From: an uncultured Planctomycetota bacterium
GTDB taxonomy: Bacteria; Planctomycetota; Planctomycetia; Gemmatales; Gemmataceae
Length of the DNA stretch: 64,000 bases
NCBI GenBank assembly: GCA_963849325.1
Contig: CAWKHF010000005.1
Location: 224,001-288,000 of the forward strand
Direction of reading: 5' to 3'
Each line of letters opens with the position of its first letter. Position 1 is the stretch's first letter. The notes below the pieces were generated by a model. It was not told the DNA's origin and made no database searches. It worked only from the letters and a program-made list of their open reading frames with translations. Of this stretch, positions 1 through 8,397 are shown piece after piece. A program made the position numbers and the translations under genes.

Positions 1-690
1 ATGGCCACCACCATCTCGATCGTCTGTCCGGAGTGCGGCAAGCAGGTCAAGGCTCCGGAGAACGTGCTGGGCAAGAAGGTCCGCTGCAAGTTTTGCCAGG
101 CCGCTTTCGTCGCCAGCTCCGGAGCGTCCAAGCCACCCGCCGGCAAGTCCGGCAAGCCGGCGGCCGGCAAGTCCGGCAAGGTTACCCCACCGCCCAAGGC
201 CGTTGCCAAGCCCGCCGACACCAAGCCGGCCAAGAAGCCGGTCATGGACGACGACGACGACGACCCCAACCCCTACGTCATGACCAACGTCAACCTGGCG
301 CCGCGCTGCCCCAACTGCGCCAACGAGATGGAGAGCGAGGACGCCATCATCTGCCTGATTTGCGGCTACAACACCTCGACGCGCGAGCAGTTTCAGACGC
401 GCAAGGTCCACGCCCTCACGTTCGGCGAACACTTTATGTGGCTGTTGCCGGGCATCGGCTGCGCCCTGGCCGTCTTGTCGGCGCTCGGCTTCGATGTCTG
501 GTATCTGCTCAAAATCGACGATCTGGTAGGTCCTGTCGAAAAGGAGTTCTTCTGGGGGATATTGTCCCACGGAGGCATCAAGCTGTGGGTCGTCATCATG
601 TCGTTGTTCGTCACCTACTTCGCGGGCAAATTCGCCATCAAACGTCTGATCCTCCATCCCAAGCCGCCCGAGGTCGAGAAGAAGAAGTGA
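1..690 (+). CDS. Double zinc-ribbon membrane protein (planctomycete-type hypothetical)
   Basis: CPEC..CKFC and CPNC..CLIC pairs, Lys/Pro-rich linker, two C-terminal hydrophobic helices. Confidence 0.75.
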   Translation: MATTISIVCPECGKQVKAPENVLGKKVRCKFCQAAFVASSGASKPPAGKSGKPAAGKSGKVTPPPKAVAKPADTKPAKKPVMDDDDDDPNPYVMTNVNLAPRCPNCANEMESEDAIICLICGYNTSTREQFQTRKVHALTFGEHFMWLLPGIGCALAVLSALGFDVWYLLKIDDLVGPVEKEFFWGILSHGGIKLWVVIMSLFVTYFAGKFAIKRLILHPKPPEVEKKK

Positions 691-695
691 TCGCT

Positions 696-762
696 CTTCG
701 TTTAGCCGCGACGCGCAGCGGAGCGCGACACGCGCTCCGCTGCGCGTCGCGGCTAAACGAAG
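696..762. repeat. REP-like palindrome, family A (GTTTAGCCGCGACGCGCAGCGGAGCGCG)
   Basis: Perfect inverted repeat with a 3-nt loop between convergent genes; related copies at 33133, 36579, 56262. Confidence 0.9.
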
Positions 763-784
763 TTGGGCTCGAACAAGCGCTTGT

Positions 785-2320
785 CTACCGCGCCCACAGC
801 TTGCGGTCGAGACTGCGATAGTTGATGGCCTCGGTCAGATGACCGGCCCGGATCGGTTCGCTTCCTTCGAGGTCGGCAATGGTTCGAGCCACGCGCAGGA
901 TGCGGTCGTGGGCTCGCGCCGACAGGCCCAGTTCGTCCATGGCCGTCTGCAACAGACCGCGGCTATCGGCGTCCAGAAGACAGTAACGCCGCAGTTGCCG
1001 GCTGCTCATGCGGCTGTTGAGACGATGGCCGTCGCCGCCAAACCTCCGCGCCTGGACCGCCCGGGCCCGCAAGACCTGTTCGCGCATGTCGGCGCTGGAG
1101 GTGCCGTCGCGCGGAGCGGCCAGCTCCTGGTAGGGCACGGCCGGGACTTCGATGTGCATGTCAATGCGGTCCAGCAGCGGGCCGCTGATGCGGCCCATGT
1201 AGCGATCGATCTGCAGGGGGTTGCACTTGCAAGCATGTTTGGCGTCGCCCAGGTAGCCGCACGGGCACGGGTTCATGGCGGCGATGAGGACGAAGCGCGC
1301 CGGGAACGTGGTCGAGTGCAGCGCCCGCGCGATCGTCACCTTGCCCTCTTCGAGCGGCTGCCGCAGCACTTCCAGACTGCGACGATTGAACTCCGGTAAC
1401 TCGTCGAGAAAGAGGACGCCATGATGGGCGAGCGAGATTTCGCCGGGCGCCGGCGTGCTGCCGCCGCCGACCATGCCGGCGTCGCTGATGGTGTGGTGCG
1501 GCGAGCGGAACGGCCGCGTCGCCAGCAGCGCTTCGCCGGGACTGAGCCGGCCGGTGGCGCTGTAGATGCGCGTCGTCTCCAGGCTCTCGCCGGGCGTCAG
1601 CGGCGGCAGAATGCTGGGCAGACGACGCGACAGCATCGTCTTTCCCGATCCCGGACTGCCGATCATGAGGACGTTATGACCGCCGCTGGCGGCGACGACT
1701 AGCGCCCGCTTGGCGAACTCCTGGCCGCGCACGTCGGCGAAGTCGATGTCGTAGCTGTTGAGCCGGGCTGCCAGATCTTCCAGGCGAACCGCGACCGGCT
1801 CGGCGGCGAGCTGTCCGGACAGGATGCCGACCGCTTCGCTGAGGCTGTTGGCGCCGAAGACCTGCACCTCGGTGACGACGGCCGCCTCCCGAGCGTTGAC
1901 CGCCGGCACCAGCAGTTTGCGGAGGCCGCGATCGCGCGCCGCCATCGCCATCGACAACGCGCCCTTGATGGGTCTGACATTGCCGTCCAGGGCCAGTTCG
2001 CCGACCAGGGCGAAGTCGCGCAGCGGCTCCGGCCGCAGTTGGCCGGTGGCGACCAACATGCCCAGGGCGATGGGCAGGTCGAAGGCGCCGGCGTCTTTCT
2101 TCAGGTCCGCCGGCGCCAAATTGACGATGGTTCGTCCGGCCGGGCGCTGGTAGCCGAGGTTGGCCAAGGCCCGTTCGATGCGATGAACGCTCTCGCGCAC
2201 GGCCAACTCGGGCAGCCCGACCAGGATGGTCTTGGGCAGGCCCGCGGCCACGTCCACCTCGACTTCGACGGGCATCGCCTCGATGCCGACGAGCGCGAAG
2301 GCGCTCAGTTTTGCCAGCAT
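785..2320 (-). CDS. comM: YifB/ComM family Mg-chelatase-like AAA+ ATPase
   Basis: VGLPELAVRES, NLAPADLKKD, Walker A GSPGSGKT, PFRSPHHT, LFLDELPEF, NPCPCG, LSARAHDRILRVARTIADL; start taken at MLAKLS. Confidence 0.93.
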   Translation of the reverse strand: MLAKLSAFALVGIEAMPVEVEVDVAAGLPKTILVGLPELAVRESVHRIERALANLGYQRPAGRTIVNLAPADLKKDAGAFDLPIALGMLVATGQLRPEPLRDFALVGELALDGNVRPIKGALSMAMAARDRGLRKLLVPAVNAREAAVVTEVQVFGANSLSEAVGILSGQLAAEPVAVRLEDLAARLNSYDIDFADVRGQEFAKRALVVAASGGHNVLMIGSPGSGKTMLSRRLPSILPPLTPGESLETTRIYSATGRLSPGEALLATRPFRSPHHTISDAGMVGGGSTPAPGEISLAHHGVLFLDELPEFNRRSLEVLRQPLEEGKVTIARALHSTTFPARFVLIAAMNPCPCGYLGDAKHACKCNPLQIDRYMGRISGPLLDRIDMHIEVPAVPYQELAAPRDGTSSADMREQVLRARAVQARRFGGDGHRLNSRMSSRQLRRYCLLDADSRGLLQTAMDELGLSARAHDRILRVARTIADLEGSEPIRAGHLTEAINYRSLDRKLWAR

Positions 2321-2520
2321 GATCGGACCACTCCGCGACGAACAGGCTTTTTCGAGCGCTGAGAAAGAGAACGTCCTCCCGTTGTATCCTCGATTTCGCG
2401 CCGCCGCAATTGTCTTCTTCTCGGAAGGACGTTCCTCCGGCGCAGGCGCGAGTCGAAGCGATTTGTTACACTCGTCGTTGTGCCCCGCCGCCATCCCTTC
2501 GTTCGCGTGAGGCTTCCGCC

Positions 2521-2847
2521 ATGAGCGCATCCATCGATGTCCCGGTGACGATCTCCCCCGAGGCCGCCGCTCGCATCGCCGAGTTGGGCATGCACCGGGA
2601 ACTGCAACAGATGATCGAGCACGTCCGCCAGGTCGTGCCGGAACTGGCGGCGATTGAGGTGGCGCGCGAGCCGGCGTATGACATGGATTGGGAGCCGGTC
2701 TGCATCACCGCCTACAGCGACCGGCCCTTTCAGGTCGGTGATGACACCTCGGCGAACTTGATCCGATGGCGAGTTGAGATGTTTCCGCCGCAAGTGCTCG
2801 ACAATCTATGCCTCCTGCTCAGCCCCGGGAGACCCCATGCAGGGTAG
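2521..2847 (+). CDS. Small hypothetical protein, possible antitoxin partner of the downstream HEPN protein
   Basis: 108 aa ORF whose end overlaps the start of the next gene by 11 nt. Confidence 0.65.
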   Translation: MSASIDVPVTISPEAAARIAELGMHRELQQMIEHVRQVVPELAAIEVAREPAYDMDWEPVCITAYSDRPFQVGDDTSANLIRWRVEMFPPQVLDNLCLLLSPGRPHAG

Positions 2848-3247
2848 GGACTTTTTGGACGTGGCTCGCAAGGTGGTCCTCGGCTCCGATGAAGCCCACT
2901 GGCGGGCAACGGTGATCCACGCCTCTTATGCCCTCTTCCTCGAATGTCGCGACGCCCTGACGCACTGGGGCATCGTCATCCCGCCGCGCCACAATGTACA
3001 CTCCGCGGTTCGGCTGCGTTTCCTCTACGCGACCGATCCGGACCTGAAGATCATCGGCGACTTTCTGGACGCCTGGGGACCACGCCGTAATCGCGCCAGT
3101 TACAACCTGGGAACGCTGATGGACTTCGCTTCCGACCACCTAGCCCGACTGGCGATCCAGGACACAACCGCGGCGCTGGCTCGCCTCGATTCCATCAAGG
3201 CCAACCCCGTCCGACGTGCCGCCGCCATCGCCTCGTTTCCCCCGTGA
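2837..3247 (+). CDS. HEPN-domain-like protein
   Basis: FLDVA..EAHWRATVIHASYALF..H..V..RNRASY matches the HEPN pattern (R.A.SRAYYA.F ... R..ADY). Confidence 0.7.
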   Translation: MQGRDFLDVARKVVLGSDEAHWRATVIHASYALFLECRDALTHWGIVIPPRHNVHSAVRLRFLYATDPDLKIIGDFLDAWGPRRNRASYNLGTLMDFASDHLARLAIQDTTAALARLDSIKANPVRRAAAIASFPP

Positions 3248-3326
3248 CCCTCCGAGGGAGAACCAAACCGGGGACGCCGCTCGATTCCGCGGATCGAGCG
3301 GCGTCCCCGAGTCCCATCACACAGGC

Positions 3327-4541
3327 TCAATAGACAATCGTAAATCCGCCCTCCGCTCGGGAGAAGACGGCCACCAAGCTCCAAATCGGGACGCCGTTGG
3401 CTCGGCCCTTTTCGGCCGTCGGTTTGCCGCTGGCGTCAAAGACCTGCCAGGCCACGGAACCGCCCCGCTCCCAACCCACTCCTTCCGTCCAGGCCAGGAT
3501 CGTCTGACCGCGCTTGTCGCAGGCGACGACGGAGTGTTTGCGATCGCCGGTCGCGCCGGGAGCGGCGACCGGGTCCGACCTCGTTCCGGTCGTCGGGTCG
3601 ATGCGGGCGTAGTAGACCTGTCCCTTGGTTTCCCAGGCGGCCCGAACGTCCGTGGCTCCCTCGGCAAAGGCGAAGCTGCTCATCGGACACGCTTCCACCT
3701 TCCACGGATGGATGTCGGCCCCTCGGAAGCTCGCTCCGTGGTCCCGCGACGTCAGCAAGTACGTGTCCCGGTTGACGCGATCCGTCGCCGAGCGGTACAG
3801 CAGGTAGACGGTCCCCTTGTGGTCTGCGAAGGCCCGCAGACCGCAGCAGCCGCACGCCCCGGTGGGCTGCTCGTAGGCGGCCTTCTCGGGGGCGAACGTC
3901 GCGCCCTCGTCCGTCGAGCGGGCCAGCCACACACGCCGGTTCGCCTCGCCCTTTTCACCCGGTTGCGGCGCGTGCCAGGCCACGTAAACGTTTCCCGAAT
4001 CGTCGGCGGCCACGGAACCGCCGCCGTCGAGTCCGGCGGCGGCGCGAATCACGTTTCGCTGGGCTTCAAAAGCCGTACCGTCGTCCTGGAGGCGCGTGTA
4101 GAGCATCCCCTCGATGCCGGGAGCTTTCTTGCCGGAGGCATTCCAGGCCACGTGAACGCGGCCGTTCTTGCCCACGGCCACCTGAGCGCCGCGGATGTTG
4201 CCAATGGCGATGGCGCTGTCGCGCACGCTGTTGACGCGGAGGGGGCGGGAGAACGTGGCCCCCTCGTCCGCGGAGTGGACGTAGAAGAGATCACCGTGCC
4301 GCGGGTCACCGCGGAAGTAAACCAGGTGAAGGACGCCTTTGCCGTCCACGGCGACCTGCGGCTGGATGCCGCGATCGGGCACTCGCAATCGTTTCACCGG
4401 GCCGGATGGGCCCTCTTTTGGGGCGTCCGACCTGTCTGCCCTAGCCAGCGAGGACGCCGCCGGCTCGGAACAGGCAAGCAGCCCTCCGCCGGCAGCGATC
4501 AGCAACGCCGCCGTTACGATTTTGCGCTTGGTAAGTCTCAT
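3327..4541 (-). CDS. BNR/Asp-box (sialidase-like) beta-propeller lipoprotein with CGCC motif
   Basis: Lipobox LLAC; Asp boxes SADEGATF, STDEGATF, SRDHGASF; ACGCC and WKVEACP motifs; AAGGAG upstream. Confidence 0.75.
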   Translation of the reverse strand: MRLTKRKIVTAALLIAAGGGLLACSEPAASSLARADRSDAPKEGPSGPVKRLRVPDRGIQPQVAVDGKGVLHLVYFRGDPRHGDLFYVHSADEGATFSRPLRVNSVRDSAIAIGNIRGAQVAVGKNGRVHVAWNASGKKAPGIEGMLYTRLQDDGTAFEAQRNVIRAAAGLDGGGSVAADDSGNVYVAWHAPQPGEKGEANRRVWLARSTDEGATFAPEKAAYEQPTGACGCCGLRAFADHKGTVYLLYRSATDRVNRDTYLLTSRDHGASFRGADIHPWKVEACPMSSFAFAEGATDVRAAWETKGQVYYARIDPTTGTRSDPVAAPGATGDRKHSVVACDKRGQTILAWTEGVGWERGGSVAWQVFDASGKPTAEKGRANGVPIWSLVAVFSRAEGGFTIVY

Positions 4542-4584
4542 GTCTTTCCGCACTCCTTCTCTTGGTGCCCAAACCGATGAACTC

Positions 4585-4639
4585 CTCTCCGAGCCTGAAG
4601 CGTAAGCGAAGCGCTTCGCTTACGCTTCAGCTCGGAGAG
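4585..4639. repeat. REP-like palindrome, family B (GAGCCTGAAGCGTAAGCGAAG)
   Basis: Inverted repeat overlapping the ileS stop; copies at 31411 and 61176. Confidence 0.85.
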
Positions 4640-7600
4640 TTCGGCGCAATTCGATCGTCAGCGGCTGACCGTCCACCTTGACGCTGGCGCGATGGGTCTC
4701 GCCGCTGAGTGGCTGGGCGGACCACTCGACCGTCAGCGTTTCGCCGGCAATGTATTCGCGGTGCGCCGCGATGGCCTGACGCAGCTTATCGGATTCCGTG
4801 CCGAGGTACAGGGCGATGCGGTCCTCCATCTCCAGGCCGGCCTCCTTGCGCTGCTCCTGAACGTGGCGCACCACGTCGCGGGCCATGCCCTCGCCGGCCA
4901 GCTCCTCGGTGATGCGCGTGTCGAGGGCGAGCTGCGTGTCGCGGTCCACGATGCCGGCCCAGCCCTCGGGCGCCTTCTCCTGCACGATCACATCGTCCGG
5001 GCCGAGCGTGACCGTCTCGCCGCCGCAGGCAAGCTCGATCGGTTCGCCCGCCCGCACCTTCTGGGCCAGATCGAACGGGTCCGCCGCGGCCGATGGCGGC
5101 GGCGACCTCCTTCAAGCGTGGGCCGAACTTCGGACCCAGCGTCTTCATGTTCGGCTTCACTTCCGGCGTCAGCAGCGGTCCCCACTCCAGTTCGTGCAGG
5201 GACACCGCCTTGACATTCAACTCCTCGCGGATCTGATCGCCGAAGCGCTCGACGGCGCGCTCGTCGTCCTCGCCCGCCGGCTGCACCTTCAGCTCGGCCA
5301 GCGGCTGGCGCACCTTGATCTTGACGCGTTCCGCACCGCCAAGCCCAGCGACACCAGTTCCAGCAGCCGTCCATGTCGGTCGAGAGGTCCTCGTCGATCA
5401 GCGCCTCGTCCACCTCGGGGAAGTCGCACAGGTGGACGCTCTCAGGCTGGTCCGCCGTCTTGAGGTTGTGGTACATCGTCTCGGTCAAGAACGGCATGAC
5501 CGGCGCGAACAGCTTCGTCAGCGTCAGCAGCACCGTGTACAGCGTCTGGTAGGCGGCCAGCTTGTCCGGCCCTTGCTCGCTCTTCCAGAAGCGGCGGCGG
5601 TTGCGGCGGACGTACCAGTTGCTCAGCTTGTCATCGACGAACTTCTCCGCCTCCAGGCAGAAGGCCATGAGGTTGTAACTCTCGAACGCCGTCGCGGGCC
5701 GTGCCGATCAGGTGCTGCAAGTCCGACAGAATCCAGCGGTCGATGTCCGGCCGCTCCGGCAGCGGCACCGGCGGCGCGGCCGGGTCGAAGCCGTCGAGCC
5801 GGGCGTAGTTGCAGAAGAAGGCGTAGGTGTTCCACAGCTTCAGCGTGAACTTGCTGCGCAGCTCGTCGGCGGGCCGGGGCCGAAATTGAGGTTCGCGGCC
5901 GGGTTGTGCCGGCAGAACATCCAGCGGATCAGGTCGGCGCTCATCGGCGGATGATGTTCGACTTTGCCCTTGGGGTCTGTCAGGTCGTAACCCTCATCGG
6001 CCGCCCCCTCGAACGGGATGGAGTTGCCGGCCGACTTGTGCATCGGCCGGTCCCACTGGTCGCGCACCAGGCCGTGGCCGAGCAGCACCTTGAACGGCGG
6101 CCGGTTCTCCATCATCGTGCTCATGGCCAGGATGGCGTAGAACCAGTTGCGGAACTGGCCGGGGAAGCTCTCGGTGATGAAGTCGGCCGGGAACCACTTC
6201 TCCCACTCGGCGCGGTCCGTGTTGTAGCCCATCGTCGAGTACGGCACGATGCCGGCGTCGAGCCAGGGATTGCCGACGTCGGGGATACGCGACATCAGGT
6301 TGCCGGTCTTCGGATTGCGGATCTTCACCAGGTCGATCCACGGCCGATGCGGCGTGTGGCCGTCGAACTCGGTCCCAGCCCTCGACGGCGCGCTCCTTCA
6401 GCTCCTCGCGCGAGCCGATCACCTCGAAATCGCCGGTCTGCTCATCGACCCAGATCGGCAGGGCCAGGCCCCAGAAGCGTTTCTTCGAGATCATCCAGTC
6501 GCCCATGTTCGTCAGCCAGTCCAGCTCGCGGGCCTTGCCGTTGATCGACTCCGGCAGGAACGTCACCTGCTCGACGACGCGCATGATCTCGTCGCGCCAC
6601 TCCATGTTGATGAACCACTCGTCCACCAGGCGGAACAGCAGCTCCGTCTTGCAGCGCCAGCAGTGCGGATAGCTGTGCGGATACTTCTCCGACCGCCAGC
6701 AGCACGCCCTTCTGCTGCAGGTTGTCGAGGATCCAGTCGGTCGTGGCGGGATCGACGGCGGACTTGCCCGTCCAGCGGGCCGAAGCCGGGACAGAAAGAT
6801 GCCGTACTCGTCGAGCGGCGCGACCGGCGGCAGGCCCTCCTCCTTGCCGAGGTGGAAGTCCTCCTTGCCGCAGCCCGGCGCGATGTGGACGATGCCGGTG
6901 CCCTCGGTCTCGCCGACGTCCTTCCAGGCGATGACGCGATGAACGTCGCGGGCCGACGTCTCCGGCCGCCCACTTCTGCTGGCGAGCGATGCGCGGCCGT
7001 CTCCGCCGGATAGCCCGCCGGCGTGCTGCTGCGCCGGCAGCTCGTCGAACGGGCCGTCGTACTGCCAGCCGACCATGTCGGCGCCCGGTCACCTCGCCGA
7101 CGATCTCGTAGCCGCCCTTCTCCTTGAAGATCTGCTCCAGCGTCTTGAGCTTCGGCACGCCCGTCGACCCACTCCTTTCTCTTCAACTGCTCTTCGAGCC
7201 GCTGCGCCGTGAAGGCGCCCTTGGCGAGGTAGTAGACCTGCTCCTTGTGCCGCACCTTGAGGTAGGTCAGCTCCGGATTGACGGCGGCGGCGACGTTGCT
7301 GGTCAGCGTCCAGGGCGTCGTGGTCCAGACGAGCAGGTTTTCGCCGGGCCGGCCGCGCAGCGGGAAGCGGACGAAGACGGCGCGGTGGGCGACGAGCTGG
7401 TAGCCCTCGTGCCATCTCCATCTGGCTGAGGCCGACCCGCAGCGGCGGACACCACGGCATGGCGTCGTAGCCGCGGTAGACCAGGCCGCGGTCGTGGCAC
7501 TTCTTGAGGAAGCTCCAGATGGTGTAGTTGTTCTCCTCCGACATGGTGAAGTAGCTGCGCCGCTGGTCCGGCGGCTTGCTCCAGTCCTCGTCGCGGTCCC

Positions 7601-8057
7601 AGTCCATCCAGTAGCCCAGGCGGATCGACTGCTCGGTCTGCACGCGGGCGAACTTATCGACGCGCTCCTTGCACTGCTGGACGAAGCGGTCGATGCTGGC
7701 GAAGGGTCGCCGGGCACGAGGTTCTCGATGTCGCGCTTCGACTTGCAGTTTCAGCTCCTTCTCGACCTCGACCTCGACCCACAGACCCTGGCAGTCGAAG
7801 CCGTTCTGGTAGCGCAGCTCGCGGCCGGTCATGGCGTGGTAGCGCTGGAAGGCGTCCTTGTAGGTGCGGCCCCAGGCGTGATGGACGCCCATCGGGTTGT
7901 TGGCGGTGATCGGGCCGTCGAGGAAGGACCAGCGCGGCCCGCCGCGGTTCTTGGCCCGCAGTTTCTCGAACGCCTCGATGCGCTCCCAGAACTCCAGGAC
8001 GGCTCGCTCCTGGGCCGGGAAATCTACCTGCTGCGTCTCCACTTTCTCGAACGGCAT
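4620..8057 (-). CDS. ileS: Isoleucine--tRNA ligase, type 2 (many apparent sequencing frameshifts)
   Basis: Fragments in different frames: [89 protein letters not shown]. Confidence 0.93.
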
Positions 8058-8132
8058 GACGACTCCTCGTGTAACGATGAATCTCCTTATCTTATCAGTT
8101 GACACGCGGGATCGGCAGGCGTTCGCGTCGGA

Positions 8133-8189
8133 CAAGCCCGGAGCGCCAGCGACGGGTTGCTTCAACCCATCGCGGACGCTCCGGGCTTG
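8133..8189. repeat. REP-like imperfect palindrome (AAGCCCGGAGCGCCAGCGACGGG); single arms near 17875-17900 and 27102-27129
   Basis: Inverted repeat seen directly; the arm sequence recurs. Confidence 0.75.
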
Positions 8190-8397
8190 CAGAGGGGAAA
8201 TCGATTTTACCTACCGACCTGGGACCACATCCTTCTTTTGGGCAAAATATGCTTGCCCTCGCATTCGGAGGAATCGATAATCTCGACATCTCCGGTGGAG
8301 GCGAAGCAAGCGATCCACTCATGTCCAAACGTGGAATGGCGGATGCGTTATCCGCATGGGCAACGATCTCGTTTCCGACAACCTAGCGAGACTTGTC

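Noticed and set aside
4620-8057. ileS as a pseudogene or programmed-frameshift gene
   Set aside because: Many scattered small indels with all motifs preserved, in an essential gene; the same pattern in glmS, mutY, cusA and others points to sequencing error
8058-8350. T-box leader upstream of ileS
   Set aside because: No T-box consensus found; the visible hairpin is a REP-like repeat
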